A program made the position numbers and the translations under genes. This document shows, in pieces, positions 41,094 through 50,707 of a DNA stretch of 64,000 nt. The notes under the pieces are model-generated. The model saw nothing but the letters and a program-made list of their open reading frames with translations, did not search any database and was not told where the DNA came from. This stretch comes from an uncultured bacterium. GTDB lineage: Bacteria > Babelota > Babeliae > Babelales > JACPOV01. Positions within the stretch are counted from its first letter, which is position 1, and each line of letters opens with the position of its first letter. The DNA is taken from the NCBI GenBank assembly GCA_963744715.1, contig CAVUUR010000007.1, forward strand, positions 1 to 64,000. The letters run 5' to 3'.

Positions 41094-41393
41094 ATGGAAA
41101 AATTATTATTTAAAACTATCCAAGTTTTAGAAATTTTAAATAAACAGATACCTTATCAAGCAATAACTAAACAAGAATTCAATGAAGAGAAAGAAAATAT
41201 TGGGGATCTTTTGGTATTACAACAGAAAATTGATGGATTACTAGAACACCTTACAAACAAAGAAGTTGTACAGAATAAAGATTTAGTCAACGAATATCTT
41301 GTTCATATGTACCTTAACTATTCGTATATGGTATGGCATTTTGAGCAAATTGATAATCTTATAAAAAAAATACTTACAACGTACCCAGATTAA
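41094..41393 (+). CDS. Putative immunity paralog
   Basis: 99-aa helical ORF related to the N-terminus of 39936-41081. Confidence 0.55.
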   Translation: MEKLLFKTIQVLEILNKQIPYQAITKQEFNEEKENIGDLLVLQQKIDGLLEHLTNKEVVQNKDLVNEYLVHMYLNYSYMVWHFEQIDNLIKKILTTYPD

Positions 41394-41429
41394 TTATTTT
41401 TATTAATCTCAATTGCTAAGATAATTTTT

Positions 41430-42032
41430 TTGATATGCAGTATGCAAAGTAAAAAAATGCCTAACTATACACTAGATATCTTCAAAACTACTCCAATCCC
41501 ATATTCTTGGGCTACTTTGTACGTTGGAAGACAATTACACATACTTGACTGGAAACAGCTCGAACGTTACGCAATCGAATATTTAGAGCAAAATCCAGCT
41601 TGCAATGATCCTTCTATTTCTGAACTTGCATATGGCGTTAAAGAGATAGAATCTGATGAATTACTCGTCGCAATAGTTAGAAGCATCAATTCAACTATGG
41701 AAAAAGATGGCCCGATTTGGAATTTAGAAAAAAGAAAATGGCGCTATTGTTTATTACAAGAATTAAAATTCTTATTACCAGATCCATTTAATTTTTCTCA
41801 ACAATACCGTATAATTTACGCTGATTTTGGATATCCAGAGGATATGTGGGATTTTTTATATAAAATTTCGCCAGATGATAACTATACTGATTCCATCGAA
41901 AACAATATAAAAATTGATGAGAGAAAGCTGGATATATTTTTAGAAAAAGAGAAAAAGAAAATAAATGAAAAATCTCCAGATTGGCCTCTATCTGATTATT
42001 ATCCACCAATTGAGTCGCAATGCAAACTTTAA
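41430..42032 (+). CDS. DUF2247-like protein, putative orphan immunity
   Basis: SWATLYVG, RKWRYCLL, IYADFGYPEDM motifs. Confidence 0.65.
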   Translation: MICSMQSKKMPNYTLDIFKTTPIPYSWATLYVGRQLHILDWKQLERYAIEYLEQNPACNDPSISELAYGVKEIESDELLVAIVRSINSTMEKDGPIWNLEKRKWRYCLLQELKFLLPDPFNFSQQYRIIYADFGYPEDMWDFLYKISPDDNYTDSIENNIKIDERKLDIFLEKEKKKINEKSPDWPLSDYYPPIESQCKL

Positions 42033-42380
42033 AATTAGTAAAAATTCAACGAAGCTATAGTGAATTTTTTACCAGCAACAGAAGAGCTATGGACACTTGG
42101 TGAATTTTTACTTGATTGTGGTAGAAACGTTGAAGATGTTAAAACAACTATTAAAAATTACGGAGATTATAATGCTCATCCTACTCTGGCTGATTTGCAA
42201 GGTAATACTATTGTTATTGACCATTAGTGTGCGACTTCTCCGGATTTTGTCATAAAGTATGACACCTGTATTAAATTTCTTGATCAATGGGAAACGCTAT
42301 ACGAAAAAAGACCGTCAGAAATTATTATTACTATGGATGATCAGCACGAACATTTTACCATTCGAGCAATTCCTCAATAA
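42020..42380 (+). pseudogene. Decayed paralog of the toxin 1 immunity gene (not in ORF track)
   Basis: MQTLKLVK…(frameshift)…LGEFLLDCG...QGNTIVIDH*...KFLDQW...PSEIIITMDDQHEHFTIRAIPQ; TAG at 42225-42227 replaces the Trp codon of 1196-1558. Confidence 0.9.
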
Positions 42381-42460
42381 ACATTTACGTAGTGATTTTC
42401 ACAACAATGATTTTGACTTCTTAAAGAGTACATGAATTATCGCGATACGTCGTACTAAAT

Positions 42461-42491
42461 AAAAAAAGCACGGCTTTTTAAAGCCGTGCTT
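42461..42491 (-). terminator. Rho-independent terminator
   Basis: AAGCACGGCTTT-TT-AAAGCCGTGCTT with T-tail on the minus strand. Confidence 0.8.
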
Positions 42492-42514
42492 AATCAACTT
42501 AATTTTCAGTAAAA

Positions 42515-43117
42515 TTATTGTTGTTCTTTAGATGAGTATATTTGCTTATAAGCATTTTTGCCAAACCAATAAGTACCATATGCACAACCTGCGGCTGCAA
42601 AACCATACGCTGCAATACGACGAGATGACGCTGAAAGTTTTGTTAGGCATCCAGTTTTGTTAATTTGCCAGGCATTATGGGCATCTAACGAGCTATCTGC
42701 AAGGACATGCGCTATCTTCTTGCGAACTTGTAGATAATCTTCAATTTTTTTCATATTGGTATCTGATACACCAGATCCAAATGTTTGTTTTCCCTTAACA
42801 ATTAAAGCTATGTCTTTGATATGTTTTGCATAGCTACCTCTTAATGCTTGAGCTTCTTTAAGCGCAGCATTTGCCATTTTTTCCGCATTCTGGAGATCCA
42901 TAACATGACGTTGGACTTCTTTAAGTTCACGGTACGCAGGCGATCCAAAAAATGCTGTTCCTAATACAAATCCTATTGAACATGCACTATAAGCTGCAAA
43001 AGCCGTCGTGCGATTATCTAAATCATTGTTTTGATTATCTGCTTTTTCCCCAGTGGGAAAAACTGGCGCAAAAGCTATTAAGGTTGCTATTATAGTAGTT
43101 AATACAGAACGTTTCAT
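42515..43117 (-). CDS. Hypothetical secreted/membrane protein with central coiled coil
   Basis: AGGAG RBS, MKRSVL signal, two small-residue hydrophobic helices flanking a coiled coil. Confidence 0.65.
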   Translation of the reverse strand: MKRSVLTTIIATLIAFAPVFPTGEKADNQNNDLDNRTTAFAAYSACSIGFVLGTAFFGSPAYRELKEVQRHVMDLQNAEKMANAALKEAQALRGSYAKHIKDIALIVKGKQTFGSGVSDTNMKKIEDYLQVRKKIAHVLADSSLDAHNAWQINKTGCLTKLSASSRRIAAYGFAAAGCAYGTYWFGKNAYKQIYSSKEQQ

Positions 43118-43309
43118 AAATAAATATCTCCTGCGCATTGTTTAAAAATAATCTTAACTGCATTCTAATCTAATAATACCTAGAAAATACTATTTATCAA
43201 TAAAAATATATTAATTTAATAGCATCACCCTAATCAGCTACATGCATTATGCAATGCGTACTAATAAAAAAAGCAACAATTCAAAAAGTTAAACTAACCC
43301 AATAATTAT

Positions 43310-43464
43310 TTATATCAATATCATAAGACCTATGCTCAATGGTATTGAAAAAATAGTACCCGTAGTGCCCTACGGCAATAGGATTTGGTGCTACCGTAAT
43401 AAGAGTATTACCCTTTTGTGATCCAGAAAAATAATGCTTCTACTTGCAGATAAAATACTCATAA
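43310..43464 (-). pseudogene. Degenerate copy of the 3' end of the beta-barrel gene 44510-45250
   Basis: TATATCAATATCATAA...AAAAAATAGTACCCGTAGTGCC...GGATTTGGTGCTACCGTAAT matches 44510-44665 with indels. Confidence 0.85.
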
Positions 43465-43586
43465 CAGAAAATTTCCTCATCATTAACAGCTGCAATCTTT
43501 GCTTATTTCGATTGTTTCATTATCCTTACTTTGCTAAAATATGAAAATCTAATTTTAAGTAATAACTTTTTTCTCCATAAAAAATT

Positions 43587-44477
43587 TTGGCTTGCATTAT
43601 GATCTATATTTTATGCATGTACGCCTTTTTGGCGATTACATTTATAGCTAGTAAGGATTTACTCAGCGTTATTAATCCCTTCTTGATGCTTTTTATACGC
43701 ATGGGTGCATGTAGTATTATATTTGGTATTTGCATACTGGCAAAACAATCTCGTGACCGATACCGATTAAATATTCACTATATTTTTTATCTTTTAATTT
43801 TAAGTTTTTTTAATATATATGCTGCCAATATCTTCCAACTTATTGGGTTACAATACATCGATCCAGTCAATGCAAGTTTATGGTATAATAGCACACCATT
43901 TGTTATTGCACTTTTTGATTTCTTGATATATAAGACAAAAATTAGTTCATTAAAAGCACTTTCACTTTGTATCGGGTGGATTGGCTTTTTTCCTCTTGTT
44001 TGGCAAGCACAACAATATAATGTTTTGCGTTTTTATCTCTATGGCGCAATTTTATTTTTATTATCGGCTTGCGCCATGGCACTGAGTGGCCTTCTTTTGG
44101 AAAAAAATAGAGAAATTTCTTTATACCCAATAAATTTAACTAATAGCTTGAGTATGGGAATTGGCTCAGTACTTGCTCTTATACATTACATTTTTTTTGA
44201 TCAACCAATAGATTATTCCTTATCTTTATCATTAAATAATTATACTATGCTTGCGCTCGTTATTGGCAGTACAGCACTATGTTCTACACTGTACATTTAT
44301 TTTGTAAGAAAACATAATGCGTTACTCGTTACCTTTGCTGGTTTTTCATTACCATTATTTTCAATTTTTTTTGAATTCGTACTGGGAGAAAAAATTGATA
44401 TAACGTTCCCAATGATTATTTCAGGAATTCTAATCACGCTCGCTCTATATCTTTTTACACGCAAGGTTTCTTATTAA
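43587..44477 (+). CDS. DMT/EamA family transporter
   Basis: About 10 TM helices; GLQY..P..ASL.Y...PF..ALF motif. Confidence 0.85.
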   Translation: MACIMIYILCMYAFLAITFIASKDLLSVINPFLMLFIRMGACSIIFGICILAKQSRDRYRLNIHYIFYLLILSFFNIYAANIFQLIGLQYIDPVNASLWYNSTPFVIALFDFLIYKTKISSLKALSLCIGWIGFFPLVWQAQQYNVLRFYLYGAILFLLSACAMALSGLLLEKNREISLYPINLTNSLSMGIGSVLALIHYIFFDQPIDYSLSLSLNNYTMLALVIGSTALCSTLYIYFVRKHNALLVTFAGFSLPLFSIFFEFVLGEKIDITFPMIISGILITLALYLFTRKVSY

Positions 44478-44509
44478 ATTGATTCAAAAATTCTATTTTT
44501 TGACCCTTT

Positions 44510-45250
44510 TTATATCAATATCATAAAACCTATACTCAACGGTACTGAAAAAATAGTACCCGTAGTGCCAACTACGGTAATAGGATTTGGTGCTACCGTA
44601 ATAATTGCATTACTTTTTTGTGGTCCTGAAAATAATGCCTCTGCCTGAAGATAAATACTCATAAACCGGCAAACTTGTATGTTAAATCCACCTTGTATGC
44701 TACCGCTAACGGCTGAGTTTCTTTTAAAAAAAGTAAAGATGGTCATCGTTGCAGGATCATTATTCGTTACCATAGTAGCAAGAACTCTGTTTCGACTTTG
44801 TACACCAAATTTTCCACCAATATAGGGCACAAACCACCGACAGTATAGATCCCCATAATAACGAATCCCTACATAAGCACCAAATGCTTGAAAATTAGAA
44901 AAATCCTGCGATACCATCACTTCTTGGCTAATAAATTCAATTTTCTTTCCCCGTGCACGCGTATAATTAAGATCGAGAAAAATATCTAGATTATCAGCTA
45001 TTTCATATCCTATGTCGCCCCCTATATACAACGGCGTATTAAATTGTTTACTGAATTGCGGAATTTTGATTTGGCTGCTCAAGCCTGCACTTCCTGATAC
45101 CTGAGAAAAGGTCAGTGTAGCGGTCCTACTTCCGTACCATGCTGGGTTAATACCTATTTTCGGACCAAAACTCCAAGGGCGATCGCAGGGACAATCTGCT
45201 TTCATACTAGTAACTACCATCAAAAAAACTAAAAAATATAATTTTTTCAT
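44510..45250 (-). CDS. Small outer-membrane beta-barrel (OmpW/opacity-like)
   Basis: Signal peptide, YVGIRYY, FVPYIGGKFG, terminal strand LSIGFMILI. Confidence 0.7.
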   Translation of the reverse strand: MKKLYFLVFLMVVTSMKADCPCDRPWSFGPKIGINPAWYGSRTATLTFSQVSGSAGLSSQIKIPQFSKQFNTPLYIGGDIGYEIADNLDIFLDLNYTRARGKKIEFISQEVMVSQDFSNFQAFGAYVGIRYYGDLYCRWFVPYIGGKFGVQSRNRVLATMVTNNDPATMTIFTFFKRNSAVSGSIQGGFNIQVCRFMSIYLQAEALFSGPQKSNAIITVAPNPITVVGTTGTIFSVPLSIGFMILI

Positions 45251-45483
45251 TACGAAACCCTTTATATTTTTATACAAGTAACTGATTATGAAACATACAC
45301 TATAGTCCACCAATCATACTATAATTCTTATTGATTTATCAGATGTTATCTTTTTGGCAAACTATTTTTAACCATAGTTTTTTTGTAACTATTGGGCAAC
45401 CATTGCTAAATGCAAGGTTTATGGCAAACTAAGAGTGTAAAATAGTATTATTATGATATTCGTTAATGCGCAGGAGTTTTTTT

Positions 45484-46080
45484 ATGAAAAAAAGCGATTT
45501 AGAGCTTGTTCAACAATTACGTGAACGAACCGGTGTCGGTATGATGGATTGCAAAAATGCACTCATCGCGACTGAAGGAAATCTTGAAAAAGCGGTTGAT
45601 TTGCTTCGTAAAAAAGGCGCTGATATCGCCGCAAAACGAGGTTCAAATCAAACTGCAGAGGGACTCGTTCATGCCTATATTCATCCGGGAAGCCGCATCG
45701 GTGTATTGCTCGAAGTCAACTGCGAAACCGATTTTGTTGCTAACACCGATGACATGAAACGATTCGCTGCCGACGTTTGTTTGCATATTGCCGCTCTTAA
45801 GCCACTTTATTTAACCTCAGCTGACGTCGATCCTAAATTTTTGGAACATGAACATACTATCATGCGTGAGCAATTAGCGACTTCAGGAAAACCTGAAAAA
45901 ATCATAGAACAAATCATTCAAGGAAAAACAAAGAGTTTATATACCCAAATTTGTCTCTTGAATCAGCCTTTTGTTAAAAATGATCAGCTCACTATCGATG
46001 ATTTATTAAAAGAATTAATTGCGCGCGTTGGTGAAAATATAAAAATAAGCAGATTTGCACGTTTTGAAATTGGCACGTAA
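45484..46080 (+). CDS. tsf: Elongation factor Ts (short form)
   Basis: LRERTGVGMMDCKNAL, EVNCETDFVA, ENIKISRFARFEIG. Confidence 0.97.
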   Translation: MKKSDLELVQQLRERTGVGMMDCKNALIATEGNLEKAVDLLRKKGADIAAKRGSNQTAEGLVHAYIHPGSRIGVLLEVNCETDFVANTDDMKRFAADVCLHIAALKPLYLTSADVDPKFLEHEHTIMREQLATSGKPEKIIEQIIQGKTKSLYTQICLLNQPFVKNDQLTIDDLLKELIARVGENIKISRFARFEIGT

Positions 46081-46105
46081 CCATTAATGGTACCTACTGG
46101 CAAAT

Positions 46106-46822
46106 ATGAACTCGAAAAAAAATATCTTATTAAAAATAACGGGTGAATTGTTATTAGCTTCTGACAAACAATCGGAAAACAGTTTGCTCATTCGTTCTCT
46201 TGCGCAACAAATAAAAGCTTTGGCGAGCAGCCATTATTTTGCAATAGTTATTGGTGGCGGTAACTTTTTTAGAGGAAACAATCAAGGCAAGGCCTTAGGT
46301 ATTACATCAAACACGAGTCATTATGTTGGTATGTTTGCAACTATAATGAATGGTTTATTGATTACCGATATTTTTCAGCAAGAAGGTCTGATTACAACCT
46401 TATTATCTGCCTTATCGATCCCTGAAGTTGGCTTACCAATTTCTCCGCACACTATTGAATGTGCCATGCGCACTACCAACACTATAGTATTTGCCGGAGG
46501 CACCGGAAATCCTTTTTTTACTACTGATACCGCAGCCATATTAAGAGGATTACAAATAAAAGCAGATGAAGTTTGGAAAGGAACCATTGTTGATGCTATT
46601 TATGACGCAGATCCTAAAAAGGTATTGCATGCTCAACAAATCAAAAAAATTTCACATCAAGAGGTACTTAATAAGAATTTAGCATTTATGGATACAACAG
46701 CAATAACATTGGCGCAAGAACATTGCATGCCGATAAGAGTTTTTAATATTTTTCAACCAAACGCTCTTATTACGGCTGCATCTGATATATCATTTGGTAG
46801 TATCGTTATTACCAATTCATAG
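46106..46822 (+). CDS. pyrH: Uridylate kinase
   Basis: LLKITGE, GGGNFFRG, GTGNPFFTTDTAA; between tsf and frr. Confidence 0.93.
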   Translation: MNSKKNILLKITGELLLASDKQSENSLLIRSLAQQIKALASSHYFAIVIGGGNFFRGNNQGKALGITSNTSHYVGMFATIMNGLLITDIFQQEGLITTLLSALSIPEVGLPISPHTIECAMRTTNTIVFAGGTGNPFFTTDTAAILRGLQIKADEVWKGTIVDAIYDADPKKVLHAQQIKKISHQEVLNKNLAFMDTTAITLAQEHCMPIRVFNIFQPNALITAASDISFGSIVITNS

Positions 46823-46854
46823 TAAAAAAAATAATTTTTTTTAAAGGATCGATT

Positions 46855-47438
46855 ATGGCAGAACTAAAATTAACCGATCAAAATATTAAAGATTTTGAAA
46901 AAGCGATGAACCAAGAAATGGATAAACCGCTTAAACATTTTGAACGGGAATTAATTACCATTAGAACCGGACGTGCTCACCCCGCACTCGTGGAAGATAT
47001 AAAAGTAAATTGTTATGGCTCAATAATGAAAATTCGTGAGCTAGCTTCCATTACAACACCTGAAGCACGATTAATTGTTATTCAGCCATGGGATACGGCA
47101 GTAATTGGTGAAATAGAAAAAACCGTTACCAATTCAGAGCTTGGTGTAACACCGGTCAATGATGGTGCATTAATTAGAATTGTTTTACCAGAAATGTCTA
47201 GCGCTCGCCGCGAAGAATTAAGTAAAATTTTGAACAAAAAATTAGAAGATGCTCGCGTTAGTATACGAAACGTTCGAAAAGATTTTCATAATTTAGTGCG
47301 TGATTCGCAAAAATCAAAAGCAATATCTGAGGATCATGCACGCAGACTCGTGATCTTTTACAAAAAATAACTGATACCTTCATTGAAAAAGTAGAAGCAT
47401 TGGCAGAAAAAAAAGAAAAAGAAATTAGAACGGTATAA
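46855..47438 (+). CDS. frr: Ribosome recycling factor (apparent 1-nt deletion near 47350)
   Basis: IRTGRAHP, IQPWD, RVSIRNVR; the shifted frame continues LQKITDTFIEKVEALAEKKEKEIRTV*. Confidence 0.95.
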
Positions 47439-47528
47439 TTGACGTTTAAACGCTACCGTATTATTCTAAAACACAATACATTCTTACTTGATGATCAAAA
47501 AAAATATGATAGTATAAGAATTTACGTA

Positions 47529-47604
47529 GGGCCGCTAGCTCAATTGGTAGAGCAACAGACTCTTAATCTGCAGGTTCTTGGTTCGATTCCAAGGCGGCCC
47601 ACCA
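47529..47604 (+). tRNA. tRNA-Lys(CTT)
   Basis: GGGCCGC/GCGGCCC acceptor stem, anticodon loop CTCTTAA, GTTCGAT T-loop, encoded CCA. Confidence 0.95.
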
Positions 47605-47616
47605 GAAACTTTGTGT

Positions 47617-47703
47617 GCAAGAGTGGCGGAATTGGTAGACGCACTGGACTTAGGATCCAGTTCCCGAAAGGGAATGGGGGTTCGAGTCCCTTCTCTTGCA
47701 CCA
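47617..47703 (+). tRNA. tRNA-Leu(TAG)
   Basis: GCAAGAG/CTCTTGC stem, loop CTTAGGA, long variable arm, encoded CCA. Confidence 0.95.
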
Positions 47704-47726
47704 TCTTAAAAAGGAGAGAGCAAGTG

Positions 47727-49025
47727 ATGACTATCAATGAAGGTTCTTTACAATTTTCTACCAATCAGGTGAATCAACATTTTTGTTATGCCACCATTAC
47801 GGTGCCCAATATGTACGTTCGTACCATATATGAAGAAGCCGCATTAGCACAAAAACAGTCTGTTAGCACGTATGGCTTTTCACGCGGCACAACGCCGTTG
47901 GGATATATAAAAAATCATTATAAAATTAATTTACTTGAACACGTTAAAGAGTTTTTATTCAAATATTTTGTTATTAGTTTTTTATATAATCAGATACAGG
48001 AACATAAACTTTATTTAGCTGGCGAACCTAATTTACACGAAGTTATCGTGGATCCGGAACATGACGCCGTGTTTATTTTTGAACTTTCATTGGCAACACC
48101 AATCGATTTTCGTGAATGGAAAAATTTTGTATTCAAAGCACCTAAACGAAAAAATTATAAAGATATTGATCGCCAAGTTGAGCTTTTCGTTATGGAAGAA
48201 GAGGAATATGTAAAGAATCCATTAGAAACGATACAAGTTGGTGATTGGGTGTGTTTTGATATGTTCCTCATGGCTGAAAACAATAAACCGGTATTTGGTT
48301 CATATAAAGAAAATGTCTGGATCAAAATTGGCAATGAAGAAGCAGATGTTCCATTTCAAGAACTTTTTGTTGGTAAAAAAGCTGGCGATTCTTTTTCTTC
48401 TCAACATCATTGTCTACAAGAATATTTCAGCAATCAACTCGATACACGTTATTTTTTTGGCATTATAATTCAAGAGACTATTCCTCAAATATATTTTTCA
48501 TTTGAACACTTCAAACATCATTTTCGATTAAAAACGAATAAAGATGTCCATCAAAAATTAATTGAAGTATTTTCTTATCGCAACGATCTGTCTCAACGAC
48601 GAAGCATGGTTGAGGAAGCGCTAAAATTATTACTATCAAAACATCATGTTGAGGTTCCTAATTATTTAGTATTACGCCAACAAAAATTAGTGTTAGAATC
48701 GGTGCAACATAATCCTGATTATAATGTGTATAAAACTCAAAATAATTTTAAAGATACTATTAAACAGTTAGCCGCAAAACAAGCAAAAGAAATTATATTT
48801 ATTGATCAACTAGCCCATAATGAAAATCTTAAAGTGTCTAATCTTGATATTAAAAGCTATCTTAATCTCATTAAACGAGCACGCACTAAAGAATTTATTT
48901 ATTTCAATCAACCTCCGACAAAAATTCAGGGGCAAGAAATGCCACTCCCCGGAGAAGTATTAAAAAAATCATGCTTGCGAGAAAAAACATTAAATCATGT
49001 TATTTATCATTTAACAAGGAAATAA
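47727..49025 (+). CDS. tig: Divergent trigger factor
   Basis: AAGGAG RBS; GFSRGTTP variant of GFRxGxxP; GDWVCFD FKBP-like segment; LREKTL ending; follows tRNA-Leu. Confidence 0.75.
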   Translation: MTINEGSLQFSTNQVNQHFCYATITVPNMYVRTIYEEAALAQKQSVSTYGFSRGTTPLGYIKNHYKINLLEHVKEFLFKYFVISFLYNQIQEHKLYLAGEPNLHEVIVDPEHDAVFIFELSLATPIDFREWKNFVFKAPKRKNYKDIDRQVELFVMEEEEYVKNPLETIQVGDWVCFDMFLMAENNKPVFGSYKENVWIKIGNEEADVPFQELFVGKKAGDSFSSQHHCLQEYFSNQLDTRYFFGIIIQETIPQIYFSFEHFKHHFRLKTNKDVHQKLIEVFSYRNDLSQRRSMVEEALKLLLSKHHVEVPNYLVLRQQKLVLESVQHNPDYNVYKTQNNFKDTIKQLAAKQAKEIIFIDQLAHNENLKVSNLDIKSYLNLIKRARTKEFIYFNQPPTKIQGQEMPLPGEVLKKSCLREKTLNHVIYHLTRK

Positions 49026-49027
49026 CC

Positions 49028-49957
49028 ATGAATGATTCAACGCGTAAACTCATTATTCTTGGTTCTGGCCCTGCAGGCTTAACGGCCGGTATTTATGCCG
49101 CTCGGGCAAATTTACAACCTATTATCTTTGAGGGATCAACGCCCGGTGGGCAACTCATGAGTACCTCGTATGTTGATAACTGGCCCGGAGAAAAACATAT
49201 TTTGGGCCCTACGTTAATGAGCAACATGCGTGAACATGCAAAAGAAACTGGTTGTACCATAATTTCGCAAACCGTAACCTGCGTGGATTTTTCTAAAAAA
49301 CCGTTCATCATTACAACAAAGGAAGATTCCTATACCGCCCATGCTGTTATTCTTGCCATGGGAGCAACACCAAAACGTTTGCAGTGCCCGGGAGAAGATG
49401 ACTATTGGGGCAAAGGGGTTACGAGCTGTGCGGTATGTGATGGCCCTTTGTATAAAGATAAGAAAGTTGTTATTGTTGGCGGCGGGGATACTGCCATGGA
49501 AGATGCCTCATTTATGACCTGTTACACCAACGATATTACTATTATACACATTCAAGACCGGTTAACAGCATCGGCCGCAATGCAAAAACCAATTTTGCAG
49601 AATAAACAGATAAAAATTATCTATAGCAGTACCGTAACGAGCATTCAAGGAAACAAATCGCATATTACTGAGATTTCGGTAACGAATCAAAAGACGCATG
49701 AAACAACACCATTAAAAACTGATGTCCTCTTTGTCGCTATTGGATTAACACCAAATACCAGTATCTTAAAGCAATCCATACGCTTAAATAATTACGGATA
49801 TATTCAAATAGAAAAAAATACAAACACCTCTATTCCTGGTATATTCGCTGCTGGAGATATCGCTGATGATCGTTACCGCCAAGCCATTACTTCTGCAGGA
49901 ACCGGGTGTATGGCTGCTTTGGATGCAGAACGCTACCTAAAAGATTTATCTTTGTAA
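49028..49957 (+). CDS. trxB: Thioredoxin-disulfide reductase
   Basis: GSGPAG, GVTSCAVCDG, GGGDTAME, FAAGD, YRQAITSAG. Confidence 0.96.
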   Translation: MNDSTRKLIILGSGPAGLTAGIYAARANLQPIIFEGSTPGGQLMSTSYVDNWPGEKHILGPTLMSNMREHAKETGCTIISQTVTCVDFSKKPFIITTKEDSYTAHAVILAMGATPKRLQCPGEDDYWGKGVTSCAVCDGPLYKDKKVVIVGGGDTAMEDASFMTCYTNDITIIHIQDRLTASAAMQKPILQNKQIKIIYSSTVTSIQGNKSHITEISVTNQKTHETTPLKTDVLFVAIGLTPNTSILKQSIRLNNYGYIQIEKNTNTSIPGIFAAGDIADDRYRQAITSAGTGCMAALDAERYLKDLSL

Positions 49958-50045
49958 GACAACTATTTGAAAAAAATCTTTTTTAGTTTTACAATAAGTA
50001 GATCTAGAGTTTTTATTATTAGTGAGCATTGTATAAGGAATCATC

Positions 50046-50186
50046 ATGTCGGTTACCTATAAACCAAGTCGTATAAAAAGAAGCAGAAAACACGGATTTC
50101 GTAAACGTATGGCTACCCATGACGGACGTAAAATTATTAATCGCCGCCGCGCTAAGGGGCGAAAGCGTTTAACCGTTTGTGCATAA
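50046..50186 (+). CDS. rpmH: 50S ribosomal protein L34 (not in ORF track)
   Basis: [46 protein letters not shown]. Confidence 0.96.
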   Translation: MSVTYKPSRIKRSRKHGFRKRMATHDGRKIINRRRAKGRKRLTVCA

Positions 50187-50523
50187 CCATGCTCAAAAGC
50201 CCTATACCTTAATTTTTAGATTTTCCAAAAAAGAAGCTGCCGATCTCTTTGAACGTGCGCGCATACAGCAACGACGTAACGGGCTTGAAATTCGTACTGC
50301 ACCCAAAACTGGTACGTTAGCCCGTTTGCTTATCGTTATAGGCAGAAAGGCAGGAAATGCACCTCAGCGCAATTTAATGCGCCGCCGCCTAAAAAACATT
50401 TTTTATCAGCAAGCACTCTATAATGGAAAACTGGATGGCATTATTCTTGTTTACCATGAAGCAATTTTATTATCATTTCAAGAGTTGACGGCCCGAATGC
50501 TTAAGGTGTTTAGTGATACTTAA
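50179..50523 (+). CDS. rnpA: Ribonuclease P protein component (start uncertain)
   Basis: [20 protein letters not shown]-like motif; follows rpmH. Confidence 0.85.
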   Translation: MHNHAQKPYTLIFRFSKKEAADLFERARIQQRRNGLEIRTAPKTGTLARLLIVIGRKAGNAPQRNLMRRRLKNIFYQQALYNGKLDGIILVYHEAILLSFQELTARMLKVFSDT

Positions 50524-50707
50524 TACGCTCTGTATTCTACTTATTAAAACAATTCGTCCACTACTAGGCCCTGCTTGCTGTAAATTTTACATTTCATGTA
50601 CTACCTATGCAATAATGCAATTCGATGAAAAACCATTTCTACCGGCACTCTGGTCTACCGTTAAACGAGTTTTTTCATGTAATCCATTTTCCAGGAATAT
50701 TGAGTGA
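50513..50707 (+). CDS. yidD: Membrane protein insertion efficiency factor YidD
   Basis: CKF..SC..YA...KR..SCNPF; follows rnpA. Confidence 0.8.
   Translation: MILNTLCILLIKTIRPLLGPACCKFYISCTTYAIMQFDEKPFLPALWSTVKRVFSCNPFSRNIE

Noticed and set aside
42225..42227. Stop-codon reassignment (TAG read-through)
   Set aside because: TAG and TGA terminate ordinary genes here (e.g. pyrH TAG, dprA TGA); a single case fits a nonsense mutation.
47439..47726. N-terminal extension of the trigger factor ORF
   Set aside because: It runs through two tRNA genes; the real RBS and start lie at 47711-47729.
49958..50045. oriC next to rpmH
   Set aside because: Short spacer, no dnaA and no DnaA-box cluster seen.
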